DNA from: a virus
Taxonomy: Duplodnaviria; Heunggongvirae; Uroviricota; Caudoviricetes
Virus record (IMG/VR): IMGVR_UViG_3300022218_000001
Span: 7,179-71,178 of that record
DNA: 64,000 nt
Direction: 5' to 3' (one strand)
Below the pieces are notes generated by a model. It saw nothing but the letters and a program-made list of their open reading frames with translations, was not told where the DNA came from and searched no databases. The position numbers and the translations under genes are program-made. Below are positions 44,837-55,145 of the stretch, piece by piece (positions within the stretch are counted from its first letter, which is position 1; each line of letters begins with the position of its first letter).

Positions 44837-46132
44837 GTGACCAAGTTGAAGAAGAATGCAGTCAGCGCGGCCTTTCGCAACCGGGTGAAGGAACTTCGCA
44901 CCGTCCCCGTCCGAGAACTCGTCGCAGACGATGAAAACTGGCGCACGCACCCCCTGAAGCAAGAGCGTGCCATGGAGGGCGTCCTTCGTGAGATTGGCTA
45001 CGCCGATGCGCTCCTCGTCCGGGAGTTGGAGGACGGCACCTTGAAGCTCATCGATGGGCATCTTCGTCAGAGCGTGACTCCGGATCAAGAGGTACCCGTC
45101 CTGGTGCTTGACGTTGACGAGGAGGAGGCCCGGAAGCTCCTTCTGACGTTCGACCCGATTACTTCGTTCGCCGATGCGGAGAAAGAGAAACTTCAAACCG
45201 TCATCGACAAAGTGAAGGCCCGAGAGGAAGGCACCCGTGGGCTCATCGCTCGCATCGCCAGATCGCACAAGCTCGTCGCGCCCGGTGACAAACCGAAGAA
45301 GGGGAGCATCGGAGACGACACCGTCCCCGACTTCGAGAAGAACGTGCTGGGTGTTGAGCCAGGTGACATGTGGCTTTGCGGCGAGCACCGTGTCCTGTGC
45401 GCAGACTGTAAGCGCCCCGAGTCGGTCGCCCTTGTCATGGACGGTGAGGATGTGGCCGTTGTGGTCACAGATCCGCCGTACTGCTCCGGTGGTTTCCAGG
45501 AGTCCTCCAAAGGTGCCGGCACCTGGGGGAAGATTGCGGCCGACAATCTTTCAACACGCGGCTACCAGGCCCTGATTACCGCTGCGCTCGAGGCGGCGCG
45601 CACTCAAGCAGCATACATCTTCACCGACTGGCGCATGTGGACGCCGCTTCTTGACGTGATGGAGAGTTGCGGCGTGGCGGCTCGCTCGATGATTGTTTGG
45701 GACAAGAAGCACCCCGCCATGGGAAACCTGTGGCGCAACCAGCATGAGTTGGTGATGTATGGATGCCGCTCCGGGGGGACGCGCATGAAAGGTATCGGGG
45801 CCAGGGGGAACGTGATTCAGTGCAGTCGGACCAAAAACGAGCTGCACTACACCCAGAAGCCCGTCGAGTTGCTCATGGGGATACTCGACCAGGATTCGAA
45901 ATCTCAGCGCGAGAAGTGCTCAGTGTTGGACCCATTTGCAGGAAGTGGGTCAACGCTCATCGCCTGTGAGAAAATGGGCCGCAAGGCTCGCTGTATTGAC
46001 GTCGAGCCACACTTCGTCGACGTCATGGTCCGCCGCTGGGAAGAGTTCACCGAGCAAAAAGCGGAGAAAGTGAAGACCAATGACTACAAAGCAGATGTCG
46101 AGCCAGCAAAAGAAGAAGCTGGCGCGGTTTGA
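44837..46132 (+). CDS. ParB-like nuclease domain fused to N6/N4 DNA methyltransferase
   Basis: N-terminal ParB-like block (RTVPVRELVADDENWRTHP...), motif IV DPPYCSGG, motif I FAGSGSTLIACEKMGRK. Confidence 0.8.
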   Translation: MTKLKKNAVSAAFRNRVKELRTVPVRELVADDENWRTHPLKQERAMEGVLREIGYADALLVRELEDGTLKLIDGHLRQSVTPDQEVPVLVLDVDEEEARKLLLTFDPITSFADAEKEKLQTVIDKVKAREEGTRGLIARIARSHKLVAPGDKPKKGSIGDDTVPDFEKNVLGVEPGDMWLCGEHRVLCADCKRPESVALVMDGEDVAVVVTDPPYCSGGFQESSKGAGTWGKIAADNLSTRGYQALITAALEAARTQAAYIFTDWRMWTPLLDVMESCGVAARSMIVWDKKHPAMGNLWRNQHELVMYGCRSGGTRMKGIGARGNVIQCSRTKNELHYTQKPVELLMGILDQDSKSQREKCSVLDPFAGSGSTLIACEKMGRKARCIDVEPHFVDVMVRRWEEFTEQKAEKVKTNDYKADVEPAKEEAGAV

Positions 46133-46769
46133 GCGCGCCACAGAGCTGATCCTACAGGGTGTCCGCAGGAAGGACGCCCAGCTTCAACTCCAGGAGGAGT
46201 TCGGCGCTGCCACCACAACCGTCCGTGAGGACTACGAGTCGGCCTACAACTCGTGCATGGAGTTGCGGAAGCTCCGCTGTGAGCAGATGCAGGTCGCCGA
46301 GAGCATGTACATGGGCGGCTTTCGCAACATGCGAATTGCAGAGGCCCTGGTGGCGAACTGGGGGGTCGGCGGAGATGCAGTCGTCGAGAACTACCCCCTC
46401 ACAGAAGAGGAGGCAGACGAGATCGTCCAGTACGCCCGAGAGCGCGTGGACGGTGAGACCCCGCAGACCAAAGAAGGCAAGCGGGCAAGGCTCGCCCTGT
46501 GGTTCGAGGACAAGATGATGAACGCTCAGAAGGACCGAGATCAGATTCGGGCCGCTGCGCTCTACATGCGCCTCGAGGGGCTCGCAGACACCAGCGAGTA
46601 CGAGCCGCCGGCGGACGACATCGTCATCGAGCTGGGAGACTGGAGGAGCACATTCGCAACGCAGCTCAAGGAGGGCAAAGCGCCGAGCGCCTCTCGTCCA
46701 ATCGTGACCCCGCTCAACGGGAACGGGAACGGCAAAAGCAGCGGCATCGAAATCTCGATCGAGGAGTAA
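46080..46769 (+). CDS. putative terminase small subunit
   Basis: Position directly upstream of TerL; N-terminal basic/HTH-like KKKLARFERATELILQGVRRKD. Confidence 0.45.
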   Translation: MTTKQMSSQQKKKLARFERATELILQGVRRKDAQLQLQEEFGAATTTVREDYESAYNSCMELRKLRCEQMQVAESMYMGGFRNMRIAEALVANWGVGGDAVVENYPLTEEEADEIVQYARERVDGETPQTKEGKRARLALWFEDKMMNAQKDRDQIRAAALYMRLEGLADTSEYEPPADDIVIELGDWRSTFATQLKEGKAPSASRPIVTPLNGNGNGKSSGIEISIEE

Positions 46770-46866
46770 GCCTTAAAATGTAGCACAGTGCGACATTTTC
46801 AGGTGGCGTGCTTCCCGGGTGCACGCCGGCCCTCGGTGCGTCAGTGATGGAAGGACTCGGGACTGA

Positions 46867-48255
46867 ATGGCTACACGCGGAACGAGGCACATTGGGCTCA
46901 AGTTCGAGCCCTTCGATAAGCAGATACCGCCTCTGATTTCAAGATCACCGGTAACAATGGCAGTCGCCGGTGCGCGTGGCGGCAAAACACAGGTCGGCGC
47001 GCCCCGCATGCTCCTGGATGCCATCAGCCAGGAAGACATGCACCCTGACGACATTCAGAAAGGAGACCCCTACCTCTGTGCGGTGGGCGCCCCGTCATTC
47101 CCGATGCTTCAGAGGATCATCCTTCCGGCCTTCCTTGCAATGGTTCCCGAAGGGTTGATGATTGGCCCCTACCACCAGACAAGGAAGCGGCTGCGCATCC
47201 GGGGGGTCAAGGGGGAGTCGCATATCTATTTTCTTTCGGGCAAGGCCTTCGAGAGCTGGATGGGCATGAAGCTCTATCGGGTCTGGCTCGATGAGTTCGC
47301 CCAGTGCAAGGAGGCCCTCTACGACGAGATCCGGGTCCGCCTATCGGACCGAAAGGGTCAGCTCTTCTTGACTGGAACGCCGCAAGGGCCGAACTGGGCC
47401 TATCACAGACTCTACAAGCCGTGGGATGAACGTCGGAAGTTGTCACCAGAGGCACGCCTCCAGGACCCAGACCACCCTGGCGCGGAGATCGACTTCTACA
47501 CCTGGAGGACGGTCGACAACCCCCACATCGATAAGCAGTTCATCGAGACGAAGAGAAGGACCATGACGAAAAGGTTCTTCGAGCGGACATTCGAGGCCTC
47601 GTGGGCAACCTTCGAGGGGCAGGTCTACGAAGAGTTCATGGAAGCGGTTCACGTCCAGAAGGTGACAGACTTCACCTTCAAGCTTCCAAACGGCCGGAAG
47701 GTCGGCCGGGGGCCAAATCTGGTGCCCCTCGTGAGTGTCTACGCCGGTGTTGACTGGGGTTTTGCTCAAGGTCACGCAGGGGTCCTCTTGGTTGGAGGGA
47801 AGGACACGGCGGGCCGTTGGTGGCTTTTGGAGGAGTCCGTCGACGAGCGTGTTTTGGTTCATGCAGAGCCAGGCGTTGACTCCTGGGTCACTCGAGCGCA
47901 GACATTGCGGGCCAAGTGGGGTGTAGAGACTTTTTTCTGTGATACAGAGGCGCCGGACAAGATTATTACTTTCAAGCGTGCAGGTCTCCCGGCTGTTGGG
48001 GCGCAGAAAGATGTGAAGGATGGTATTCAGGCCGTTGCGAGGTATCTCAAGGTCGACGAAGAGACCGGGGAGCCAATGATGTACGTTCTAGATCAGTGCC
48101 CAGTCACGATCGATGAGCACACGTACTATCACTGGGAAGAGAACAAAGAGCGGCCTGAGAAAATTGCAGATCATACATGCGATGCGAATCGGTACATGGT
48201 GTACACTGCCGAAGCTCGCGGACGCTTCCGGAGGGAACCGGCATATGCTGGATGA
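46867..48255 (+). CDS. terL: terminase large subunit
   Basis: Walker A-like VAGARGGKTQVG, LFLTGTPQGPNW, C-terminal nuclease acidic residues (GVDWGF, FFCDTEAPD). Confidence 0.85.
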   Translation: MATRGTRHIGLKFEPFDKQIPPLISRSPVTMAVAGARGGKTQVGAPRMLLDAISQEDMHPDDIQKGDPYLCAVGAPSFPMLQRIILPAFLAMVPEGLMIGPYHQTRKRLRIRGVKGESHIYFLSGKAFESWMGMKLYRVWLDEFAQCKEALYDEIRVRLSDRKGQLFLTGTPQGPNWAYHRLYKPWDERRKLSPEARLQDPDHPGAEIDFYTWRTVDNPHIDKQFIETKRRTMTKRFFERTFEASWATFEGQVYEEFMEAVHVQKVTDFTFKLPNGRKVGRGPNLVPLVSVYAGVDWGFAQGHAGVLLVGGKDTAGRWWLLEESVDERVLVHAEPGVDSWVTRAQTLRAKWGVETFFCDTEAPDKIITFKRAGLPAVGAQKDVKDGIQAVARYLKVDEETGEPMMYVLDQCPVTIDEHTYYHWEENKERPEKIADHTCDANRYMVYTAEARGRFRREPAYAG

Positions 48256-48275
48256 CGTCCGGGGAAGGATTAGAC

Positions 48276-49949
48276 ATGGCTCAATCGACCCTTTTTGAAA
48301 AGCTCGATAAGAAGCATCCGGACTATGCCTTGTGGGAAGGAGAGTGGAAGCGGTATCGGGATGTCGTGGGTGACGCCCTTGCCCAGAAGACAGACTACCT
48401 TCCCCGAAATAAGTTTGAGCCGGCGCCCCAGTACGAGTTCCGCGTGGACCTTTCGCAGTTCGTCCCTGAGTCCGGCCTCGCTATCGAAAGACTGATTGGG
48501 GCTCTTTACAAGGAGAAGCCGAAGCGGGACTTTAAGGGCAATGAGTCTGACTTGGCCAGCTTCATAGACAAAGCGAATCGCAAAGGGCAGACTTGGAACC
48601 AGGTCGTCGAAGACATAGCCCATAGGCTTATGTCTTACGGGACGACGCGGGTTTTGATCAATGTGCCGCCTGTCGTGTTCGATGAGCCACCATCGGAGGA
48701 TGGCATTCCCTTGACGGAAGACGGTGGCTTGACCCGGGCAGAAGAACAAGAGGCCGGAATTCGCCCCTTTGTAATTAATTATTCTCCATTTGCCGTGGTG
48801 GATTGGAATCACGACCTGGAGACAGGCGAGCTTATTTATTGTCGCATCAAAGAAGAGCGGACAGTCCGCAACGAGGGTGACAGCGTAAAGAAGTCTCATT
48901 TGAAAGCGGTCCGGTTTCTTGAGTACACTCGATTTACGGTGATATGGACAGATTTCCGTGAGACAGACGAAAGGAATGAGATGGAGCAGGTGGGCACCAT
49001 GGAGGTGCGCACTCACAACCTCGGCATTGTGCCGCTGGTCGTGGAGGATCTCCGCGAGATCAAGCCTCTCATCGGCCATTCCTTCATTCGCTACAGCTCT
49101 CGGGCGGATGTCCGGAAGTTCCAAGCAGAGTCGGATCTCGCATACGACACTTACATGCACGCGCACCCCTTTCTTGCGATTTGGAGCGAGGATGAGCTGA
49201 AGGAGATCGGCGTTGGAGCCTCTACCTACTTGAAGCTCAACCCGGGCTCGGGCTCTACTGGGCGTGAGGACGCGCAATATATTGAGAGTCCGAACAATGC
49301 CTTTGAGGCGCTCCAGCAGGTCATTGAAGAGAATCGGACATTGATCTATCGCCAGGCGCAGGTGGACCCCCTCGGGCAAATCTCCAGCGGGAAGAGCACG
49401 CAGAACTTCCAGGCCTCTGGTGTCTCTCGAGCCTGGTCCTTTGGGACGTCTGAGGCTCGGGTTCTTACGAAGATCGCCGATCGGATGGAGAGCTTAGAGG
49501 CTCGAGTGTTTGAAATTGTCCTTCGATTTATGGACAGCAGTGCCGATACAGCCCCGGCAGAGGATCTGTTCAAGGGAGATGTCCAGTATCCGGAAGAGTA
49601 CGATCTTTCGTCCACCCATCAGCTTATCGAGGAAAGAGCGCAGATTGGAGAGCTTGTCAATTCTCCGACGCTACTTCGCATCATCGACAAGCGCATCGCC
49701 GCATCCAAGGTCGGTGATGCCAGTGCGAAGGACTTGAAAGCTATCAACAAGGAGATCGACGATAACCCCCTTATGGGTACAATGGCTGGGAAACAGAACG
49801 TTGATCCGTTCTCCATGCCGGCGCCGAAGACTGGCAGAGAGGACGAATCTCTCATGTCAGGCGGATCGGAAGTAAGCGGGCGCAAGCAAATTCAAGGAAG
49901 CACACCAGGCGCGCAAGGCCGGCGGCGGACGCCGGCAAATCCAAGTTAA
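48276..49949 (+). CDS. putative portal protein
   Basis: ~558-aa ORF immediately after TerL; synteny only. Confidence 0.55.
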   Translation: MAQSTLFEKLDKKHPDYALWEGEWKRYRDVVGDALAQKTDYLPRNKFEPAPQYEFRVDLSQFVPESGLAIERLIGALYKEKPKRDFKGNESDLASFIDKANRKGQTWNQVVEDIAHRLMSYGTTRVLINVPPVVFDEPPSEDGIPLTEDGGLTRAEEQEAGIRPFVINYSPFAVVDWNHDLETGELIYCRIKEERTVRNEGDSVKKSHLKAVRFLEYTRFTVIWTDFRETDERNEMEQVGTMEVRTHNLGIVPLVVEDLREIKPLIGHSFIRYSSRADVRKFQAESDLAYDTYMHAHPFLAIWSEDELKEIGVGASTYLKLNPGSGSTGREDAQYIESPNNAFEALQQVIEENRTLIYRQAQVDPLGQISSGKSTQNFQASGVSRAWSFGTSEARVLTKIADRMESLEARVFEIVLRFMDSSADTAPAEDLFKGDVQYPEEYDLSSTHQLIEERAQIGELVNSPTLLRIIDKRIAASKVGDASAKDLKAINKEIDDNPLMGTMAGKQNVDPFSMPAPKTGREDESLMSGGSEVSGRKQIQGSTPGAQGRRRTPANPS

Positions 49950-50036
49950 ACGGAATAGTCCTTGTCCGTTTAGCTAATGCGCGATACTATTTTCATTTGA
50001 CAAGCACCTGTCTCTGTGGTGCGTAGGAGTTTTTAG

Positions 50037-50897
50037 ATGGCAAAGAAAAAGGGATCCCAAGTAGACCCCGGGGACAAGGGGGGTCAGGGCGGCTCTGGTG
50101 ATGGCGACGACGATCCTTCGAAAGATGGCAATCTCGATGATGGCAGTCTCGGCGATGATGTCAAAAAGAAGAAGGATAGCGACGACGACGGCACCAAGTT
50201 TGTTACGCCAACGGCACTCCAAGGGGTTATAGATGCGCACAAGCGTACGACCAGTGCGGAGCTAAAGAAGAGCGGGGCAAAGATTGACTCGCTTCAGACA
50301 AGCATCGATGAGATAAAAACGCTCATCGCAGGAAAAAAAGACGGCGACGGGAAAACCGGGGATGACGATAGTCCCTCCGGCAAAAAAGTCGATCCTGAGA
50401 TCGCCGAACTCCGCAGACGCCTCGAGCAAACGGAAAAGGCCCTTCAGACTGAAAAGGCGTCTCGTGCGACGGCTGAGCAGAAAGAAGAGGATTTTCGGTT
50501 CGAGAATACGGTCAAGCAGGCTCTCACATCTGCCAAGTGCGAAAAGCCAGATGCGGCTTTTCTCGTTATCAAACCCCTGCTGAAGAAGAAGGACGATGGG
50601 ACTCCGTTCGCAACCGTCACCCTTGAGGGTGGCTTGGAAACGGATGTCGACCTGGATACCTACATCAAGCGGTACTTCAGCGAAGAAGTCCTTCCTCACG
50701 TCTTCAAAGGAAAGATGCGCACCGGCTCGCCGGCGTCAGGCGAGAGTGGAGAGAGCGGTAGCGGACAAGGGTACGACTACACCTGGGAACAGGTGAAGGA
50801 TCCCGAGTTCTATGCAGCCAACCTCGAGAAAGTGCGCAAAGCAATTGAATCTGGCCGCGTGAAGGGTATGCCAAGGGAAGGAGCCGGCGCTCTTTGA
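50037..50897 (+). CDS. putative scaffolding protein
   Basis: Acidic, Gly/Asp-rich N-terminus and coiled-coil (IAELRRRLEQTEKALQTEKASRA); between portal and capsid. Confidence 0.5.
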   Translation: MAKKKGSQVDPGDKGGQGGSGDGDDDPSKDGNLDDGSLGDDVKKKKDSDDDGTKFVTPTALQGVIDAHKRTTSAELKKSGAKIDSLQTSIDEIKTLIAGKKDGDGKTGDDDSPSGKKVDPEIAELRRRLEQTEKALQTEKASRATAEQKEEDFRFENTVKQALTSAKCEKPDAAFLVIKPLLKKKDDGTPFATVTLEGGLETDVDLDTYIKRYFSEEVLPHVFKGKMRTGSPASGESGESGSGQGYDYTWEQVKDPEFYAANLEKVRKAIESGRVKGMPREGAGAL

Positions 50898-50956
50898 GTC
50901 TTAGCTCCTGACTTCATTTCTTTGTCGCGCGGTAATGAAAAGAGTGGAGAGGCAAT

Positions 50957-51901
50957 ATGGCCCTCGTAAGTTCTATCTATCCGCCCGAAATTTGGGCGGT
51001 CGAGTCCTTGATGGTCCTTCGTGACAATCTTGTCATGGCGGGCCTCGTTCACCGCGACTTCGAGAACGAAGTAGCACAAGTCGGAAACACCGTAAGGACC
51101 AGAAAGCCGCAGAAGCTTACGGTCCAAGATTTCGCACAGCAGTCGGGTACAAACGCAAGTCTCACTGGGTTGACGGTTGAGAACCTGAACGCCCGTGAGA
51201 TCACCGTGGTCCTCGACAAGCACAAGTACACCAGTTTCATCGTCGAAGATCGCGACGAGGCGACCAGCATCAAGGATCTGCGAGAAGAGTTCATCATCCC
51301 GGCGATCGACCCGATCGCACAGCAGGTCGACGATGATATTATGGACGAGTACCAGAACGGCACGGACGTGGCAGGAGACCCTGTCACTCTGGTGGCCGCA
51401 GGTACGCTCGGCGCCGGTAACTCGATGGATGAGAACGATATCATCGAAGCCGACCGAGCCCTCAACGACAGTCAGTGTCCGCGCGCTCAGCGTTCGTTGG
51501 TCTTGGGGACTCAGCACAACGCCGACGTCATCGGTCGCCCGCTGTTCCACCAGGCAAACACCTCCGGGACGACTGCCGCATTGCGCGAAGCGAACCTCGG
51601 CAAGGCGTTCGGGTTCGAGTCGTACATGAGCCAGAATGTCCCGGTCGGGAACAACACGGACAATGCGGGTAACAACCAGTCCTACGCCTTCCATCGGAAT
51701 GTGCTGGCTCTGGTTACTCGCCCGCTTCCGCAGATTCCCGCGAATCTCGGTGCGACATCGTCTGTCGAGACAATCGACAATATCGGCGTGCGTGTCACGA
51801 ACAGTTACGAGCACCAGGCTAAGGGTGTCGTGATCTCGTTCGATGTGCTGTACGGTTTGCAGCTTTTAGATCAGAATCTTGGGGTGATTATCGCCCCTTA
51901 A
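50957..51901 (+). CDS. putative major capsid protein
   Basis: 314-aa ORF after scaffold, followed by strong terminator; RBS agtggagaggc. Confidence 0.55.
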   Translation: MALVSSIYPPEIWAVESLMVLRDNLVMAGLVHRDFENEVAQVGNTVRTRKPQKLTVQDFAQQSGTNASLTGLTVENLNAREITVVLDKHKYTSFIVEDRDEATSIKDLREEFIIPAIDPIAQQVDDDIMDEYQNGTDVAGDPVTLVAAGTLGAGNSMDENDIIEADRALNDSQCPRAQRSLVLGTQHNADVIGRPLFHQANTSGTTAALREANLGKAFGFESYMSQNVPVGNNTDNAGNNQSYAFHRNVLALVTRPLPQIPANLGATSSVETIDNIGVRVTNSYEHQAKGVVISFDVLYGLQLLDQNLGVIIAP

Positions 51902-51960
51902 GCCCTGGTCGAAGTGAAGAGATCTCTCTGTGAGTCTTTATGACTCGGTCACGGTCAGTA

Positions 51961-51997
51961 CCGGCGTGCTTCGGCAGGAGCGCGCCGGTTTTTTTTA
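51961..51997 (+). terminator. rho-independent terminator after capsid gene
   Basis: ccggcg ... cgccgg stem + T9. Confidence 0.75.
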
Positions 51998-52108
51998 GCA
52001 TCGCTGTCTGCCGCTCTCGGCCCCAGTCCACTGGTGTAAACGGCCGTGGTGTTGGAACCCACGGTGGACCGGGAGCGGCGATTCTTATCCTATATTTTGG
52101 TGGGAAGA

Positions 52109-52744
52109 ATGTTGAAACAGATCTCACGGGACTGGATTGATCCAGGCACCTGCGGTTCTGGGGGGAAGCTTCAGCCTGTTTGGCTTTCGAAGCTATTCGA
52201 GGCATCCGAGATCGTTGAGGGCGAAACTGTCCTCGACTATGGGTGTGGAAACGGGCGGCTTGCGAACTTCATCAGCTCAAAGATTGAGCAGTTTCAGTAT
52301 TTTGGCTTGGAGCTGTGGAGCAGCCACGGGAGGGATTGCATTTCAGATGCGAGAGTGTGGCTCGGTGAGGACCCTCGCGTTCAGTTTGGATTCATTGATG
52401 CTGAGCTTGAGGACGAGGCTATCTCTAAGGCTGACGTTGTTGTCCTTGGGAGCATACTCCCTCATCTGTCGGCCGATGATTCCATCACGCTCTTACAGAA
52501 ATTCATCCCGCTACTTGACCGTGGTGGGCGCATTTGCTTTAGCTGTAAGATAGAGGAACGACAGAAGAATTCTGGGTACAGCAAGGCTTACGGGGTCAAC
52601 GGCTGCTTCAACTGGATCATTCATTCCAAGCTGTTCCTTGGCCGGATCAGAAGGGAAGTGGCTCCTTTGCGGAAATGCCCGGTTCATTTTAAGCATCAGA
52701 GATATTCGCATGATTTCTTCATGGTTGAGAGGCCGAGACAATGA
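52109..52744 (+). CDS. class I SAM-dependent methyltransferase
   Basis: VLDYGCGNGRLANF motif I; acidic motif II region. Confidence 0.55.
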   Translation: MLKQISRDWIDPGTCGSGGKLQPVWLSKLFEASEIVEGETVLDYGCGNGRLANFISSKIEQFQYFGLELWSSHGRDCISDARVWLGEDPRVQFGFIDAELEDEAISKADVVVLGSILPHLSADDSITLLQKFIPLLDRGGRICFSCKIEERQKNSGYSKAYGVNGCFNWIIHSKLFLGRIRREVAPLRKCPVHFKHQRYSHDFFMVERPRQ

Positions 52745-52995
52745 AAGAAGACGCGGTCCCTCACGCCCTTGACTGCTGTGCTGGACGGTATCATTTTGCG
52801 GAGGCCAAGTTGACTGAGAAGGAGAGGATCCGGGGGATCACGGCGATTGCCCGCGTGAAGCCTCTTGACCGCGCAGAGCGGCGCGCTGAGCGGCTCGCAC
52901 GGAAGAAAAGAGAACGTCGCATTTATCGTGAACTTCTGGCAAGGTATGCAGCAGTAGCCGAAGATCAGGATATTTTCAATCCCGGGAGGGAATAA
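52741..52995 (+). CDS. hypothetical small basic protein
   Basis: ATGA overlap. Confidence 0.3.
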   Translation: MKEDAVPHALDCCAGRYHFAEAKLTEKERIRGITAIARVKPLDRAERRAERLARKKRERRIYRELLARYAAVAEDQDIFNPGRE

Positions 52996-53005
52996 GGAGT
53001 CGACG

Positions 53006-53830
53006 ATGCAGGCTGTTATCCTTGCTGCTGGATGGGGGACTCGAATAGGTGAGCTTGGAGAGGTGACGCCCAAGCCCCTTTTGCCTCTTGGTCGGGGGTG
53101 CGTCATTGACAGTGTGCTCACTTCGTTGTGGGTTGAGCCAGTCACTCAAATTAGGGTAGTCCACAATAACCATCGAAGCCGGGTGGCTGGGAGCTGGCCA
53201 AAGAGGTTCAAGACCTGGGCTCAGTCTGTCCGCTGGACTCCCGAGCCGGGGCACAATCCGGAGCACCCCCGTATCCGCCTCATCAATGACCAAGTCCAAG
53301 ACCCGGAGCAGAAGATTGGATCGGTCGGCGACATGGCTTTCGCTGTCCGCAAGAACTCAAGGCGAGATCTGCCTATCGTTTTTGCCTGCGGCGATGATAT
53401 TTACTCGAATTCTCACCTCGAGGAGCTGGCCGGTGAGGGTAGTGCGATCGTCGTACGGAACGTTAACGACATGGACCCCCTTGTGGAGAGCGCCAAGCCG
53501 TCCAGGGTGGACGTCAAGGCAGGAATGGTCGATGAGGTTGGCCTTGGCGCAGAGAATACTCCGTGGCGCTTCTGTGGCCCCCTGTGGCTCGCTGGGGAGG
53601 ACATGGGCTTCCTCTTGGAATATGCCGACATCTGGCAGAAGGCCGGAGTTGTACCGGACTCGATTGGCGAATTCATCGAAGCCCTGGTCTCATCTGGTCG
53701 TCCGGTTCGAGCAGTCAAAGCCTCTACGTTTTTTTGGACTGTTGGGAACAAGGATCTCTACAAGATGATAAAAAAGAGGCATGCGCCAATACGTCGAGAG
53801 GTTAGGCGCCTTCGGAGGGTAAACACATGA
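53006..53830 (+). CDS. sugar-1-phosphate nucleotidyltransferase (NTP_transferase family)
   Basis: MQAVILAAGWGTRIGELGEVTPKPLLPL canonical G-x-G-T-R ... K-P-L-L motif; RBS aaggag. Confidence 0.75.
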   Translation: MQAVILAAGWGTRIGELGEVTPKPLLPLGRGCVIDSVLTSLWVEPVTQIRVVHNNHRSRVAGSWPKRFKTWAQSVRWTPEPGHNPEHPRIRLINDQVQDPEQKIGSVGDMAFAVRKNSRRDLPIVFACGDDIYSNSHLEELAGEGSAIVVRNVNDMDPLVESAKPSRVDVKAGMVDEVGLGAENTPWRFCGPLWLAGEDMGFLLEYADIWQKAGVVPDSIGEFIEALVSSGRPVRAVKASTFFWTVGNKDLYKMIKKRHAPIRREVRRLRRVNT

Positions 53831-54516
53831 GTGCTGTGGTTGAACGAAGGGAGCAATTCTGTGAACAAACAACGGAGCTTACACATGGCTCTATTACGCA
53901 GGAAGATTGGGCAGCTCTCCGCCGGACCCTCTTTGATGTCCATGAAGCCTTTTGTTCGCTACCCCGGCCCGGCCTCATTGTGGAAGTCGGAACCCTTGGT
54001 GGACGAACAACGAGAGGGATCTTCGAAGTCCTCAATCGGCTTCGGTGGGATGTCCCTGATGTCGTGACGATCGATACCGATAAAAGGTGCTTGGGTGACG
54101 CAGTCTTCAATCAGTGCCATGGGTTTAAGAATTCCCTCCGCACTTTCCATGGCCGGTCGACAGACTGGAAGCCAGTAGAGCCAATTTGGTGGGCATTTGT
54201 TGATGGCTGTCACTGCCATGAGTGTGTCCTTGCGGACCTGATGCATCTTTCTCGGCACGTCCCTGTTGATGGAGTTATTTGCCTGCACGACGCAGGAGAT
54301 CAAAGAAGCCTGGAGATGCTTGTTCATGAGCGGTATCACGGCTGTGATGGAGTGAGCCGGCTCTATGGGGTCACAAGTGCGATCGATGAATGGCTTGGGT
54401 GCTTTGACGATTTCACATGGGAGCAATTAGAGTGCGTTAAGGCGCAGGAGCGCCCTCGTGGCTCTCCAACGCCACTCTTCGGTGGAGTCCAAGCCTTTAG
54501 GAGGAAAAGGCCGTGA
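53827..54516 (+). CDS. TylF/CmcI-like class I SAM methyltransferase (paralog 1)
   Basis: IVEVGTLGGRTT and FVDGCHCHECVLADL...ICLHD motif (DG-x-H ... hydrophobic-HD). Confidence 0.5.
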   Translation: MSAVVERREQFCEQTTELTHGSITQEDWAALRRTLFDVHEAFCSLPRPGLIVEVGTLGGRTTRGIFEVLNRLRWDVPDVVTIDTDKRCLGDAVFNQCHGFKNSLRTFHGRSTDWKPVEPIWWAFVDGCHCHECVLADLMHLSRHVPVDGVICLHDAGDQRSLEMLVHERYHGCDGVSRLYGVTSAIDEWLGCFDDFTWEQLECVKAQERPRGSPTPLFGGVQAFRRKRP

Positions 54517-55145
54517 AGCTGAATGCTGACTTCGTTGAAAGAATCAAGGCCTATGAAAAGATGGGCCGGCGTTCTTCGCTGGCGCCGACCCATTGGAAGG
54601 ACCACCCGCCATCGATGTTTGAATACATCAAAAAAGTGCTGCCGGCCCCTCATGTTGTTGTTGAAGTAGGATGCTCGCATGGCCGTTGGTCACGAATGAT
54701 GTTGGAATCATTTCCATCGATTGAGCGGTTCTTCGGGATTGATGTCTGGGGTCCAACCGGTACGAGCCGTTGCAGAGGGGCTGACTGGAAGCATGACTTT
54801 GTTTACTTGGCGACAAGCTGGTTTGACCATGTCCGGCCTTGGCTCTTTGAAAAAGCGTTCCCGCTGCCAGGCGACCAAAGGCTGTGGTGCGATGCCTTTC
54901 CAGTTGAAGTCGATATGGTGTTCCTCGATGGGAACCACTCGAAGGAGGTCGTTTTGAATGACCTGCATCGGTGGTGGCCAAAGATTCGATCGGGGGGCTT
55001 AGTCATGGGCCATGACTACTACGATGAAGGTCCAAACATCCGTGTGGCTTGTGAGAATGTCGTCCATGCTGCAAGGGAGTTTTTTGGTGTTGATGGATAC
55101 GAGGCTCACAATGAGTTTCGGGCTTTTTGCAAGATCAAAGATTAG
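54513..55145 (+). CDS. TylF/CmcI-like class I SAM methyltransferase (paralog 2)
   Basis: VVVEVGCSHGRWS; FLDGNHSKEVVLNDLHRWWPKIRSGGLVMGHDY. Confidence 0.6.
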   Translation: MKLNADFVERIKAYEKMGRRSSLAPTHWKDHPPSMFEYIKKVLPAPHVVVEVGCSHGRWSRMMLESFPSIERFFGIDVWGPTGTSRCRGADWKHDFVYLATSWFDHVRPWLFEKAFPLPGDQRLWCDAFPVEVDMVFLDGNHSKEVVLNDLHRWWPKIRSGGLVMGHDYYDEGPNIRVACENVVHAAREFFGVDGYEAHNEFRAFCKIKD

